A DNA stretch of 64,000 nt from a virus (Duplodnaviria; Caudoviricetes), in IMG/VR virus record IMGVR_UViG_2846458514_000001, positions 4,277-68,276 of that record, one strand, 5' to 3'. The notes beneath the pieces were generated by a model. It was not told the DNA's origin. It did no database searches and worked only from the letters and a program-made list of their open reading frames with translations. Shown piece by piece: positions 46,560 through 55,434 of this stretch; position 1 is the first letter of the stretch, and the number at the start of each line of letters is the position of its first letter. A program made the position numbers and the translations under genes.

Positions 46560-47932
46560 TGATCCATGCCGCGACAATGTGCAGTGGTATCGGCGCGCCA
46601 GAAGCGGCCATGCCCGGCTGGGACTGGCGCTGGTGTGCCGAGATCGAGCCATTCCCTGCGCGTGTCCTCGCCCGCAGGTTTCCCGGGTCGGTCAACATGG
46701 GCGACCTGATGGCAGAAGATTTCAGCGCCCGGTCGTGCGCGCTGGGGCCTCTCGACGTAGTGGTCGCCGGCACACCCTGTCAGGATTTCAGCGTGGCAGG
46801 CCCACGCGACGGGCTGGATGGCATGCGCGGGAACCTGAGCCTGCGCGCAATCCAGATATACGAGGACCACTGTGATGCAGCCCGATCTGCTGGACGCCCT
46901 GAGCCCCTCTACGTCTGGGAAAACGTTCCCGGCGTCCTGTCGGACAAAACCAACGCGTTCGGAAATATCATTGCAGCGCTTGCAGGATGCGAGACCCCCA
47001 TCGTTCCGCCATCAGGACTGCACTGGACCCGCGCGGGTGTGGTTGCTGGACCCCGACGAACAGTCACATGGCGTGTGCTGGACGCTCAATATTTCGGCCT
47101 GGCCCAACGACGCGAGCGTGTGTTCGTTGTGGCAGGTGCTGTGGGGGGGGCAGATCCCACAACGATACTTTTTGAGCCCGAAAGCCTGCCGGGGAATCCT
47201 GCGCCGCGCCGCGGCACGGGGGAAAACATTGCCCCGACAGTTGCACGCGGCTCTCCAGGCGGTCGCGTCTACGGGTTAGATGCCGACACGGTAGAGAGCC
47301 TGCAGGTACACCCGGTCGCATTCGGTGGCGGAAACTGCTCGGGTCCGATCGATGTGGCGAGATCGCTTTTAACGAGTGGCCTTCATCAGGATTTTGAAAC
47401 TGAAACGTTCATCACCCATACCCTGCGCGGCGAAGGATTTGACGCCAGTGAAGACGGTACCGGACGCGGGACACCTCTGGTCCCGGTTGCGTTCGACTGC
47501 AAAGCGTCGGGACAAAACGGTTTTGGCGTAGGCGATATTGCCAGCACGATGCGCGCGATGGGGCACGCAGGCAGCTATTCCAACGGCGGCGGTCATCTGG
47601 CGGTCATGCAGCCGCTTTCCGTCGCATTGCGTGGCCGGGACGGTGGCAGCCAGATCGAGGTTGGCGACGATGTGGCACACACCCTGCGCGCCAGTCAGGG
47701 CGGGTCGGACAAACCGCACGTCCTGACCAGTGCCGTACGACGCCTGATGCCCGTCGAGTGCGAACGCCTGCAGGGTTTCGCCGACGACCATACCGACGTG
47801 CCCAATGGCAACAGGCCGGCGGCAGACGGCCCACGATACAAGGCACTGGGCAATTCAATGCCCGTGCCGGTGTTGCACTGGATCTTGACGCGCGTGGAGC
47901 GGGAGATTGCCCAGGTGAGGGAAATACGATGA
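46559..47932 (+). CDS. C5-cytosine DNA methyltransferase
   Basis: CSGIG, GTPCQDFS, WENVPG, QRRERVF, ECERLQGF, YKALGNS. Confidence 0.92.
   Translation: MIHAATMCSGIGAPEAAMPGWDWRWCAEIEPFPARVLARRFPGSVNMGDLMAEDFSARSCALGPLDVVVAGTPCQDFSVAGPRDGLDGMRGNLSLRAIQIYEDHCDAARSAGRPEPLYVWENVPGVLSDKTNAFGNIIAALAGCETPIVPPSGLHWTRAGVVAGPRRTVTWRVLDAQYFGLAQRRERVFVVAGAVGGADPTTILFEPESLPGNPAPRRGTGENIAPTVARGSPGGRVYGLDADTVESLQVHPVAFGGGNCSGPIDVARSLLTSGLHQDFETETFITHTLRGEGFDASEDGTGRGTPLVPVAFDCKASGQNGFGVGDIASTMRAMGHAGSYSNGGGHLAVMQPLSVALRGRDGGSQIEVGDDVAHTLRASQGGSDKPHVLTSAVRRLMPVECERLQGFADDHTDVPNGNRPAADGPRYKALGNSMPVPVLHWILTRVEREIAQVREIR
46872..47279 (+). CDS. Overprinted ORF inside the C5-methyltransferase gene (beta-like polypeptide)
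   Basis: GAGGA SD before GTG/ATG; IPQRYFLSPKACRGILRRA..RGK.LP. Confidence 0.5.
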   Translation: MMQPDLLDALSPSTSGKTFPASCRTKPTRSEISLQRLQDARPPSFRHQDCTGPARVWLLDPDEQSHGVCWTLNISAWPNDASVCSLWQVLWGGQIPQRYFLSPKACRGILRRAAARGKTLPRQLHAALQAVASTG

Positions 47933-48915
47933 AACCAGCCGATAATGACGGTAATCCAGTCCCCTCTTACCCCCGTGAACTGGCCCTGCCGGTCGTATCG
48001 CTATCTGGCTGGAAAGATAGCCTCGCGACCGCATTGCTGGCGATCGAACGGCACGGCCGGGATCGGGTGCGATTGCAGTATGCGGACACAGGAAACGAAC
48101 ATCCCTTGGTCGAGGAGTATGTTTACGAATATCTGCCTGATGCACTGGGTGTAACAATCGAGACGGTGCGTGCTGATTTTTCAAAGGAAATCGAACGGAA
48201 ACGCACATACATTGATACGGTCTGGCGCGATGAAGGTGTCGCCGAAGATACCATCAAAACAGCGCTCGAATTTCTTGTCCCAACAGGCATTCCTTTTCTT
48301 GATCTGTGCGTATGGAAAGGGAGGTTTCCCTCCCGCCGTGCCCAGTTTTGCACACAGGAACTGAAAACCAGGCCGCTCACGCGCGCATTGTTCGATATCG
48401 CCCGGAGCACAAATCTCTACGTCGAAAACTGGCAGGGCGTGCGCCGTGACGAATCATCTGCCCGGAAAAATGCGCTGGTCTGGGAGGACGGGGATTGTGG
48501 TCTCTGGATTCACCGGCCGATTGCGACGTGGACAGCTCAGGACACGTTTGATATTGCGCGCCGCCACGGAATCAAGAGCAATCCACTCTATTCGTTTGGA
48601 TGTACACGTGTTGGATGCATGATGTGCATCAATACAAGCAAATCTGAAATTTCTAATGTTCAGTCACGCTGGCCATTCGTAATCGAAAAGATAGAAAAAT
48701 GGGAGTTTATTGTTAGAAAATGCTCGAAAAGGCAGCTTGCAACCTTCTTTTTCTTTGACTCTAAAGAAGGACGGACCGACATCGAGCATTATCAGGCCAA
48801 CAATATTCGGCAGGCGGTCGCTTGGTCGCAGACAAGCCGCGGTGGTCAGCAGTTCGACCTCGAACATTTTATGCCCAGATCCGAATGCTCCTCTCAATAT
48901 GGTCTGTGTGAATAA
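47929..48915 (+). CDS. PAPS-reductase-family protein
   Basis: SGWKDS (PP-loop variant), ADTGNE, FCTQELK, GVRRDES..R, NPLY..G..RVGC..CI, CSSQYGLCE. Confidence 0.85.
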   Translation: MKPADNDGNPVPSYPRELALPVVSLSGWKDSLATALLAIERHGRDRVRLQYADTGNEHPLVEEYVYEYLPDALGVTIETVRADFSKEIERKRTYIDTVWRDEGVAEDTIKTALEFLVPTGIPFLDLCVWKGRFPSRRAQFCTQELKTRPLTRALFDIARSTNLYVENWQGVRRDESSARKNALVWEDGDCGLWIHRPIATWTAQDTFDIARRHGIKSNPLYSFGCTRVGCMMCINTSKSEISNVQSRWPFVIEKIEKWEFIVRKCSKRQLATFFFFDSKEGRTDIEHYQANNIRQAVAWSQTSRGGQQFDLEHFMPRSECSSQYGLCE

Positions 48916-48929
48916 ACGCCGACTGGCAA

Positions 48930-48947
48930 CGATAATTCATATTCCCG
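48930..48947 (-). repeat. Recombination-site-like element 1 (CGGGAA-TATGAA-TTATCG)
   Basis: + strand reads CGATAATTCATATTCCCG; intergenic. Confidence 0.75.
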
Positions 48948-48953
48948 AAGGTA

Positions 48954-49418
48954 ATGACCATGGCAAACGAAGTGAAGATGTATCTCGTGCCGGATCAAGC
49001 AACGCCCGAGCAGGAACATCGGGCGGAAACAGTCGTAATTGACAGGTATGGGCACCAAATTACGTGGCCCGAGTTCCATGCCTACATGACGGCCATCGCC
49101 ACCCCCATCCAGCCGTGCGCGGATGTGGAGACAATAACCCATGAAATGAAAACGTGTATTGAAGTCGATGAGATGACCGGAATGTCTTACCCGGTTGACT
49201 ATCCAATAAATGAATTAGTCCGCCGCACCGACATGGAGGCGCAGGTTGCCCGTGTGGCGGCTGAGAAGGATGCGGAGATTGCGCGGTTGCGAGACGGATT
49301 AACGCGGATCATGGCGGTCCCCGACGACGGCGGAATCAGCCCCGAAGACGGGTACGGGATTGGTGCTAAAATGACAGAGATCGCCCGCGCAACTCGCGAC
49401 GAAGGAGCAGCGGGATGA
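48954..49418 (+). CDS. Hypothetical phage protein
   Basis: ORF with a coiled-coil segment. Confidence 0.55.
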   Translation: MTMANEVKMYLVPDQATPEQEHRAETVVIDRYGHQITWPEFHAYMTAIATPIQPCADVETITHEMKTCIEVDEMTGMSYPVDYPINELVRRTDMEAQVARVAAEKDAEIARLRDGLTRIMAVPDDGGISPEDGYGIGAKMTEIARATRDEGAAG

Positions 49419-49819
49419 TCACTCTCATGGTCTGTTCTCGTTGTGGGGTTGCATCCACACTCACCAGTCAGTTTGTTTTTCGTGACAACAATCCGGAATG
49501 CCTCCCATGCTACCGGCGTCTATCCGGTAGTGGTGCAGGAGGCGCCATATGGAACGGCCCATCGGAAGTGCGGGAATATGCACGCAAGCAGGTAGACGAA
49601 GCCTTCCAGCGCGGGCGTGAACAGGAGCGCGCGGAGAGAAAAACGGATGATACCTGCCGGTTGGACTTCATGGAACATACGCAGATCGATGCCATGAAGG
49701 TAAATGGGCAATGGGAAATTCTATCTATGAGCGGCGACACGGCGGAAACGATAGGAACTGGCGACACCTTACGTGCCGCCATTGACGCCGCCATGAACGC
49801 GGAGAACGGGGATGTTTGA
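49415..49819 (+). CDS. Hypothetical phage protein
   Basis: CxxC pairs; D..RLDF and LRAAIDAAM phage motifs. Confidence 0.55.
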   Translation: MITLMVCSRCGVASTLTSQFVFRDNNPECLPCYRRLSGSGAGGAIWNGPSEVREYARKQVDEAFQRGREQERAERKTDDTCRLDFMEHTQIDAMKVNGQWEILSMSGDTAETIGTGDTLRAAIDAAMNAENGDV

Positions 49820-50012
49820 CAAAATATTCCTCTATTTGTGGCTTGTTTTAATTTCTGCATGGGTCGGAAGCTTTGATCTGTGTGCAGCCAATAGTATTTT
49901 GCTTTCGAGACCTTGGATTGCGATGTATTTCTACGTCAATACCGCAGCATGTTTTGCTGTCGCGCTATTTTCCTCAGAAAACGTCATGAAAATATGGCAG
50001 GAACGGAAATGA
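49812..50012 (+). CDS. Small membrane protein
   Basis: Two hydrophobic segments; coupled. Confidence 0.45.
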   Translation: MFDKIFLYLWLVLISAWVGSFDLCAANSILLSRPWIAMYFYVNTAACFAVALFSSENVMKIWQERK

Positions 50013-50242
50013 CCAGTCCTCCCTATGTCACCACCATATTTGCTCTGTATTGGGCGTTCGGCATGTATCTGGTTTCAAGAAAGAAATTCCAGATGGGCAT
50101 GCGTGAGAAAATGAACGAACTGGCCTGCCGGCCGGATTTCATAGGTCGGGAGTATATTGTGCAGGCGGCCGGTTGCCTCTGTATGCTTATCGCATCTCTC
50201 ACATATCCATGGTTTCTGATCATGAAGTCGAAGCGCGGCTGA
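50009..50242 (+). CDS. Small membrane protein
   Basis: Two hydrophobic segments; ATGA-coupled. Confidence 0.45.
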   Translation: MTSPPYVTTIFALYWAFGMYLVSRKKFQMGMREKMNELACRPDFIGREYIVQAAGCLCMLIASLTYPWFLIMKSKRG

Positions 50243-50257
50243 TCGAATGTCAGCCGA

Positions 50258-50275
50258 CGGGAAACTCTCTTATCG
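50258..50275 (+). repeat. Recombination-site-like element 2 (CGGGAA-ACTCTC-TTATCG)
   Basis: Between convergent genes. Confidence 0.75.
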
Positions 50276-50288
50276 CGGATAGAAGCCC

Positions 50289-51686
50289 CTATGCGGGGCT
50301 TGTCGGCTTATCCAGCACCACGATCCGGGTGCCGATCATCGTGCCCGCCGCCTTGAACACGCCTTCCGGGACATCCTCGATCAGCGCGGCGCTGCCGATC
50401 AGTGCTGCCGCGTCGGCTTTCAATACCGCAGGACCAGCGCCTGGGCCCTTGGGCACCAGCGCCACCAGTCGGCCGCCGGGTGCCAGCCGTTCCCATGCCA
50501 CCAGAAGGTTGCGGATCCACTGTCCGGAGGAATAGGGCGGGTTCATGACGATCCGGTCATAGCGGGCTGTGTCGGGGTCAAGCCAGTCCGCGCGCTGTGT
50601 GCTGACCCGCGGGTTCCCCGCATAGCGTTCTGTCAGGAAGTCCGCCCGGCCTGCATTCTTCTCCACCGCCACGATTGATGCTGCCGGCGTCTCCAGCAGG
50701 GCATCCACCAGCGCGCCTTTCCCCGCGCTGGGCTCACACACGGTCATGCCATCGTCTATATCAGCCAGATCGGCCATGCGTTCGGCCGTATCGACGGGGG
50801 TAGGATAGAAGTCCTCCGACCAGGTATCCTTGCGCCCGGCGGCCGGGTCTGCCTTCCGCCTGGCGCCCGCGGCATCCGGTCCGGCGCCCAGCGTCTCGCC
50901 GTAAAATTCGGCGATGATCCGGTTTGCCTTTTCCACCAGGTCGGGCCGGAGGAAATAGAACTGCGCATTGCCGTTCTTGAAGAACTTGACCCGGAAATAG
51001 TCGGTCTCGATGGTGCCGGCGCCCGGGCGGAAAGATGAGGCCGTGCGGATGGCCTCCGCCAGTGCGCCACGTAGGCCTTCATTGTAGCTAGTGGGCGGTT
51101 CCCGGCCGTCCAGGACATAGAAAATCCGGTCAAGATCACGAATTGAATCGTCCCGGTAGGAGTTGAGCGACCCGTAGGAGGTCTGGACGCCGGTCATGAC
51201 GATCCGCTTGGCCAGCCGGAACCCGTTGTTGGACCGGTATTCCCGGCAGAGCCCCCGGAATACCTCAACCAGACCACGCCGGAAGATCATGTCGGACTCT
51301 GCAAACAGCCCTTCCATCGTGACCCGCAGGTTGTCGGGGCTGGCCTCCGGCGGCACACCCGCCATGTCTTTTTCGAACTGGGCGCGTGCGGTCGCGTCCA
51401 TCATGCCCCACAGCGGGGTGCCGATCACGAATGACCGCCACATGGCCCGGTCCACCTCGATGCGGACCTGCTCTGGCAGGCCTTTCGTGTCTGACCAGCC
51501 TTTCAGGGATCGTTCGATTACCTGGTCGATCTTGCTGCCCACGCCATTCGTGCCCACGCAGGCGGCCTGCATGTCCGTACGCGCCTGCCGGATCTGTTCC
51601 ACGCCAGACAGGAAACCTTCGATCGCCTTCGCCCGGTTCGCGCACAGCTCATCGACAGACGCCTTGATGGCAATTTGCTGGGTCAT
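50289..51686 (-). CDS. DUF4942-like domain + amino-methyltransferase
   Basis: YFRVKFFKNGN; FYPTP, EPSAGKG, IVMNPPY. Confidence 0.8.
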   Translation of the reverse strand: MTQQIAIKASVDELCANRAKAIEGFLSGVEQIRQARTDMQAACVGTNGVGSKIDQVIERSLKGWSDTKGLPEQVRIEVDRAMWRSFVIGTPLWGMMDATARAQFEKDMAGVPPEASPDNLRVTMEGLFAESDMIFRRGLVEVFRGLCREYRSNNGFRLAKRIVMTGVQTSYGSLNSYRDDSIRDLDRIFYVLDGREPPTSYNEGLRGALAEAIRTASSFRPGAGTIETDYFRVKFFKNGNAQFYFLRPDLVEKANRIIAEFYGETLGAGPDAAGARRKADPAAGRKDTWSEDFYPTPVDTAERMADLADIDDGMTVCEPSAGKGALVDALLETPAASIVAVEKNAGRADFLTERYAGNPRVSTQRADWLDPDTARYDRIVMNPPYSSGQWIRNLLVAWERLAPGGRLVALVPKGPGAGPAVLKADAAALIGSAALIEDVPEGVFKAAGTMIGTRIVVLDKPTSPA

Positions 51687-51780
51687 TTTCTGTCCCTCTT
51701 CGATTGTCGGTAATGGGGTGCGGCGATGATTTCCGGAAGAACCGGGGATCAGGGAATTTCCTGTCCGCCGCATGCTTATT

Positions 51781-51797
51781 ATATACGCAGCGTATAT
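51781..51797. promoter_or_regulatory. Palindromic operator candidate ATATACGCAGCGTATAT
   Basis: Perfect 8-1-8 palindrome between divergent genes. Confidence 0.5.
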
Positions 51798-51858
51798 TAA
51801 AAAGGCAAGGGCAATAAAACACGTTGCGTTGATTATTTTTGGCCCATAGGGTTGAGGA

Positions 51859-52089
51859 ATGGGACGAGCACCGACATCACCGTGGGGGCTGCGCGCACGC
51901 GACGCAGGCCTTGACCAGAAGACGCTCGCTGCACTGACCGGCCTTGCGCCGAACTCGGTATCGCGCGGGTTGCGCGGGGAGTGGGAGAAAGGCATTCCGG
52001 CCTATCTGCCAACCATTATCCGGGCATGGGAAATGCTAAACGATGAACAGCGCACGACGCTGCTGGCCAAATCTAAGATGGATGAGTGA
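51859..52089 (+). CDS. Small HTH regulator
   Basis: AGLDQKTLAALTGLAPNSVSRGL. Confidence 0.7.
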   Translation: MGRAPTSPWGLRARDAGLDQKTLAALTGLAPNSVSRGLRGEWEKGIPAYLPTIIRAWEMLNDEQRTTLLAKSKMDE

Positions 52090-52295
52090 TGGGGAAGAAA
52101 TACGGCGACTGCGAGTACGATGTGAACCCAAACCTGCGACAAGGGTATAGTTGGATTGCGTATGCTCCTCGAGGAGCAAAAAAACCGATAATTGCCAGCG
52201 GGTTTAATTGCGACACAAAAGACCAGGCTGCACAGGAAGCAATGGCAGCGATTGACAAGTATGACAGGGAGAAAATCGCGAAGGGCCGCTGGTAG
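52086..52295 (+). CDS. Hypothetical protein
   Basis: Coupled small ORF. Confidence 0.45.
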   Translation: MMGKKYGDCEYDVNPNLRQGYSWIAYAPRGAKKPIIASGFNCDTKDQAAQEAMAAIDKYDREKIAKGRW

Positions 52296-52310
52296 GAACT
52301 GACACACCGG

Positions 52311-52328
52311 CGAGAATAACAGTTATCG
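52311..52328 (+). repeat. Recombination-site-like element 3 (CGAGAA-TAACAG-TTATCG)
   Basis: Intergenic; flanked by ACCGG/CCGGT outer symmetry. Confidence 0.75.
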
Positions 52329-52342
52329 CCGGTAAACGGCGG

Positions 52343-52358
52343 ATCGTGACGATAGGCT
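52343..52358 (+). promoter_or_regulatory. Late-promoter motif ATCGTGACGA-TAGGCT
   Basis: Repeated motif upstream of 52397. Confidence 0.6.
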
Positions 52359-52396
52359 GGGGCATCCCGTTCCCATCATCGTCATGAGGCCGCATC

Positions 52397-53029
52397 ATGC
52401 CCGATCTCGTCAAAATCGAAGCCGTGCGCGGCACACGCCGCAATTTTCTCGGCTTCGCGTTCCTGTCCGGCCTGGCCGTCGCCTCCCTTGCGGCGCTGCC
52501 CGGGTGCTCGTCCAGTAAGGATGGCAACGTCACCACCATCACCGTCAACGTGTCCGAGATCGATACCGACGGCACGGCCGCATTGAATATCCTCAAAACC
52601 GTTCTCGCGTTCACCGGTCTGCCGCTGGCCGTTGCTGATGTCGTGGATGATGCGATCGACGGTGTCGAGGCGGCATTGGCCACCTGGGACAAATATTGCA
52701 GCGGCAAGCAGACGGTCGTTTTTGACGCCACCAGCGTCCCGACGGAAGCGTCCAGCGTGATCGCAGCGCTGCAGAATGCCGCCACGACCATCGGAAACGT
52801 CGCGACGTCGGAGGCGGCCACCCTCGGCACCACCCTGACGTCCAAAATCACCTCCGTATCGTCGGACATCGCGTCGCTTGCGGCGATCGTCTCCAGCATC
52901 GTCCGGACAACGGCGGGACTGTCGCTGGGCGCGCAGGCGAGCACGCTGACCCCGACGCAGGCCCGCATGCTGCAGGTCAACGGCATCCTTGCGCGGCATG
53001 GCCTGCCGCCGGTCGCCGTCAAGGGCTGA
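52397..53029 (+). CDS. Putative Tat-exported lipoprotein
   Basis: TRRNFLG twin-arginine signal and LPGC lipobox; Ala/Thr-rich helices. Confidence 0.7.
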   Translation: MPDLVKIEAVRGTRRNFLGFAFLSGLAVASLAALPGCSSSKDGNVTTITVNVSEIDTDGTAALNILKTVLAFTGLPLAVADVVDDAIDGVEAALATWDKYCSGKQTVVFDATSVPTEASSVIAALQNAATTIGNVATSEAATLGTTLTSKITSVSSDIASLAAIVSSIVRTTAGLSLGAQASTLTPTQARMLQVNGILARHGLPPVAVKG

Positions 53030-53031
53030 CG

Positions 53032-53124
53032 TTGCTGATCGCCTGCGTCGCGCTGGCGGCGTTCGTCGGGGGTGCCGTATTCGGTGCCGCCGCTTTCATG
53101 GTCCTCTCTTCCTGGTATCTCTGA
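53032..53124 (+). CDS. 30-aa hydrophobic peptide
   Basis: TTG start; LIACVALAAFVGGAVFGAAAFMVLSSWYL exactly fills the gap. Confidence 0.4.
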   Translation: MLIACVALAAFVGGAVFGAAAFMVLSSWYL

Positions 53125-53125
53125 C

Positions 53126-54130
53126 ATGCTCAAGCCTTCCGACCTGCACGTTGTCTCCGTTTTCTCCAACAACCGGCGCTGGCGCTCGCGTGAGCGTCTG
53201 CTGCGCAGGTTCATTCCCCATATGCAGGCGTCGGGCGTGACCCTGACGATGGTCGAGCATGTGATGGGCGAGCGCGATTTCGTGCTGGATCCTGATGACC
53301 CGGCCTTGGCCGGGGTGCGCCTGTTCCAGGTCCGCGGCGACAGCCGGCAGGAGAACTGGCTGAAGGAAGGGCTGATCCGCTATGGCGTCAGCCGCCTGCC
53401 GGCCGACGCGAAGTATCTGGCCGTGATCGACGCCGACGTGTTTTTCCAGCGACAGGACTGGGCACTGGCCACGCTCGACATGCTTCAGGTGCATCGCGTG
53501 GGGCAGCCCTGGTCCTATTCCGTTGACCTCGGCCCCGATGAAAACCCGGTCTGCGACGAGCATGGGCGGCAGATGGACCGCTCGTTCTGCGCCGCGTGGG
53601 CGGCGGGCGACATCATCGTCACCGACGAGGATTACGGCATCGGGCAGTCCAGCGCCCAGTGGCTGCTGGACCCGGAGCGTAAGCGCGACTGGCGGCAGCA
53701 TTACGGATACGCCTGGGCGTTCCGTCTGGATGTCTGGAACGATTTCGGCGGCCTGCCCGACTGGCTGGTGACGGGTGCTGCCGATTATATCGCCGCCATG
53801 GCGTTCGCGGGGAAGCTGGATACCTCGGACGCCTACACGTCACCCGCCTGCGCGCGGCGTCTGCGCCATTTTGCCGCGGCCTGCGACCGGGCCGTGCGTC
53901 AGGATATCGGCGTCGTGCCCGGGTTGCTGTCGCATGGATTCCACGGATCGAAGAAAAAGCGGTTTTACCTCGACCGCAAGGACATCCTGCGGGAGGCCAA
54001 TTTCGATCCGGACGTGGATATCGGATATGACCGCCACGGGCTGCCATTCCTCGCCAGCGACAATCGCATCCTGCGCGACGGCCTGCGGCGCCTGTCGGTC
54101 GCCCGGGATGAAGACAGCAACGCGCTGTAG
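53126..54130 (+). CDS. Glycosyltransferase-like (GT-A) protein
   Basis: WLKE.LI..G, YLAVIDADV DxD motif, GYAWAFR...FGGL, HG.HGS. Confidence 0.65.
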   Translation: MLKPSDLHVVSVFSNNRRWRSRERLLRRFIPHMQASGVTLTMVEHVMGERDFVLDPDDPALAGVRLFQVRGDSRQENWLKEGLIRYGVSRLPADAKYLAVIDADVFFQRQDWALATLDMLQVHRVGQPWSYSVDLGPDENPVCDEHGRQMDRSFCAAWAAGDIIVTDEDYGIGQSSAQWLLDPERKRDWRQHYGYAWAFRLDVWNDFGGLPDWLVTGAADYIAAMAFAGKLDTSDAYTSPACARRLRHFAAACDRAVRQDIGVVPGLLSHGFHGSKKKRFYLDRKDILREANFDPDVDIGYDRHGLPFLASDNRILRDGLRRLSVARDEDSNAL

Positions 54131-54140
54131 GAGGCCGGCC

Positions 54141-54242
54141 ATGAACCCGACGGTCGCCGTCCTTCTCTGGCTCAGTGGCGTCGTGAGCGGCGTTGCTGGC
54201 GCGTTCTTCCTTTACGCATATCTGGCGAGCAATTCACGATGA
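54141..54242 (+). CDS. 33-aa membrane peptide
   Basis: AGGAGG SD; single TM segment. Confidence 0.55.
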   Translation: MNPTVAVLLWLSGVVSGVAGAFFLYAYLASNSR

Positions 54243-54294
54243 GCAGTTCTGAAGATCCGGGGGGCTATCTGCTTCGGCAGCGGCTTCGTGACGC

Positions 54295-54459
54295 ATGACG
54301 GTGCAATTTCTGGCAGCGGTCGGTCTTTTCCTGACCGGCTGCGCATTCTCGCAGGTCGTCGCGTTCGCTCTGGCCGCGTGGCGGGAGCGCGCCCGTGAGC
54401 GAAAAATCGACGCCACACTGGGTCCTCCTCCGCCTGATCCATCGGATGCCCCACGATGA
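54295..54459 (+). CDS. 54-aa membrane/lipoprotein peptide
   Basis: LTGC and a Pro-rich tail; ATGA-coupled at both ends. Confidence 0.5.
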   Translation: MTVQFLAAVGLFLTGCAFSQVVAFALAAWRERARERKIDATLGPPPPDPSDAPR

Positions 54460-55259
54460 TGCTCCGCAAATTTGGCTGCAAGCCGCCAGAGACCCGTGCT
54501 GGCCAGCCGACCATGGCGGTCATGCGCAGCTTCATGGCCCGCAGGGCGCCAAGCAGTCTGATCCGGTCCCATATTGACCCCGGCGTTCTCATGCTGGGGA
54601 ACGACACGACGAATGACTGTACCAGCGCGGGTATCGGGAATCATATCCGCGCCACGGCGGCGCTCAACCGGTTCCAGGTGGACGTGACCACGGCGCAGGC
54701 GCTGACGTTCTACGGCCGCCACACGGGGTTCGTGCCGGGCAATCCTGCCACGGACACCGGCGCAGTAGAGGTGGACATGCTCACCGCGGCGGCCCGGGAC
54801 GGATACGACGTGACCAACCAGACGCTGTTCCCGATCTGGGGCAGCACGGACCCGCATGACCGCAACGGGCTGTGCAACATCATGGCGGACCTGACGGCTC
54901 CATATTTCGGGGTGCAGTTCGCCGATGCGGATCTGTACGAGGATGAGGCTGGCCAGCTGCCGCCCGTCTGGGACACGCGCACACCGGCCAGATATGGCGA
55001 TCCCACTCCCAATCCCCGCAAGGGGCATTGCCTGCTGGGCTGGTCCTATACCGGGATGGCCGACGATGATCTGGTCGAACTGCTGACGTGGGGCGGCCAG
55101 CAGCGTGCGACGTGGCGCTGGTTGCGCAGCCGCGCAGTAGAGGCGCATGCCCTGGCATGGCGTCAACTGCTGGCCGCCGACAGTCCGCTCCCGCTGTGGG
55201 AGGAGTGGCAGAACCTGGTAGCGGCCAACGACAACTATCTGCGCGCGGCGGCGGCCTGA
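54456..55259 (+). CDS. Papain-fold cysteine peptidase-like protein
   Basis: MLGND..NDCTSAG (Cys), GHCLL (His), LTWG. Confidence 0.65.
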   Translation: MMLRKFGCKPPETRAGQPTMAVMRSFMARRAPSSLIRSHIDPGVLMLGNDTTNDCTSAGIGNHIRATAALNRFQVDVTTAQALTFYGRHTGFVPGNPATDTGAVEVDMLTAAARDGYDVTNQTLFPIWGSTDPHDRNGLCNIMADLTAPYFGVQFADADLYEDEAGQLPPVWDTRTPARYGDPTPNPRKGHCLLGWSYTGMADDDLVELLTWGGQQRATWRWLRSRAVEAHALAWRQLLAADSPLPLWEEWQNLVAANDNYLRAAAA

Positions 55260-55337
55260 TGCCGAGGCTTGTACCGGCCCGAGCCTTCCGGTAAGATTCT
55301 GCAAGTTCATCCTCTGGTTCCGTCAGTGGTTGAATCA

Positions 55338-55372
55338 GAAGGCCGCCAGCGCTGCACTCGCTGGCGGCCTTC
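55338..55372. terminator. Hairpin terminator between convergent modules
   Basis: 14-bp stem GAAGGCCGCCAGCG/CGCTGGCGGCCTTC. Confidence 0.65.
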
Positions 55373-55402
55373 GTTTAGGCTGTCGTCACGGTATTAAGGG
55401 CG

Positions 55403-55420
55403 CGGGAATGTGCGTTATCG
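55403..55420 (+). repeat. Recombination-site-like element 4 (CGGGAA-TGTGCG-TTATCG)
   Basis: Just downstream of umuC; shares the CCGGTAAAC flank with element 3. Confidence 0.75.
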
Positions 55421-55434
55421 CCGGTAAACCGGCA

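Noticed and set aside
45243-46652. Long antisense ORFs (also 16882-18138, 6874-7887, 54234-55310, 2237-3184)
   Set aside because: Shadow frames opposite well-supported genes, expected in high-GC DNA.
55375-55392. Minus-strand late-promoter-like motif CCGTGACGA-CAGCCT
   Set aside because: Imperfect, and points into a terminator with no credible gene downstream.
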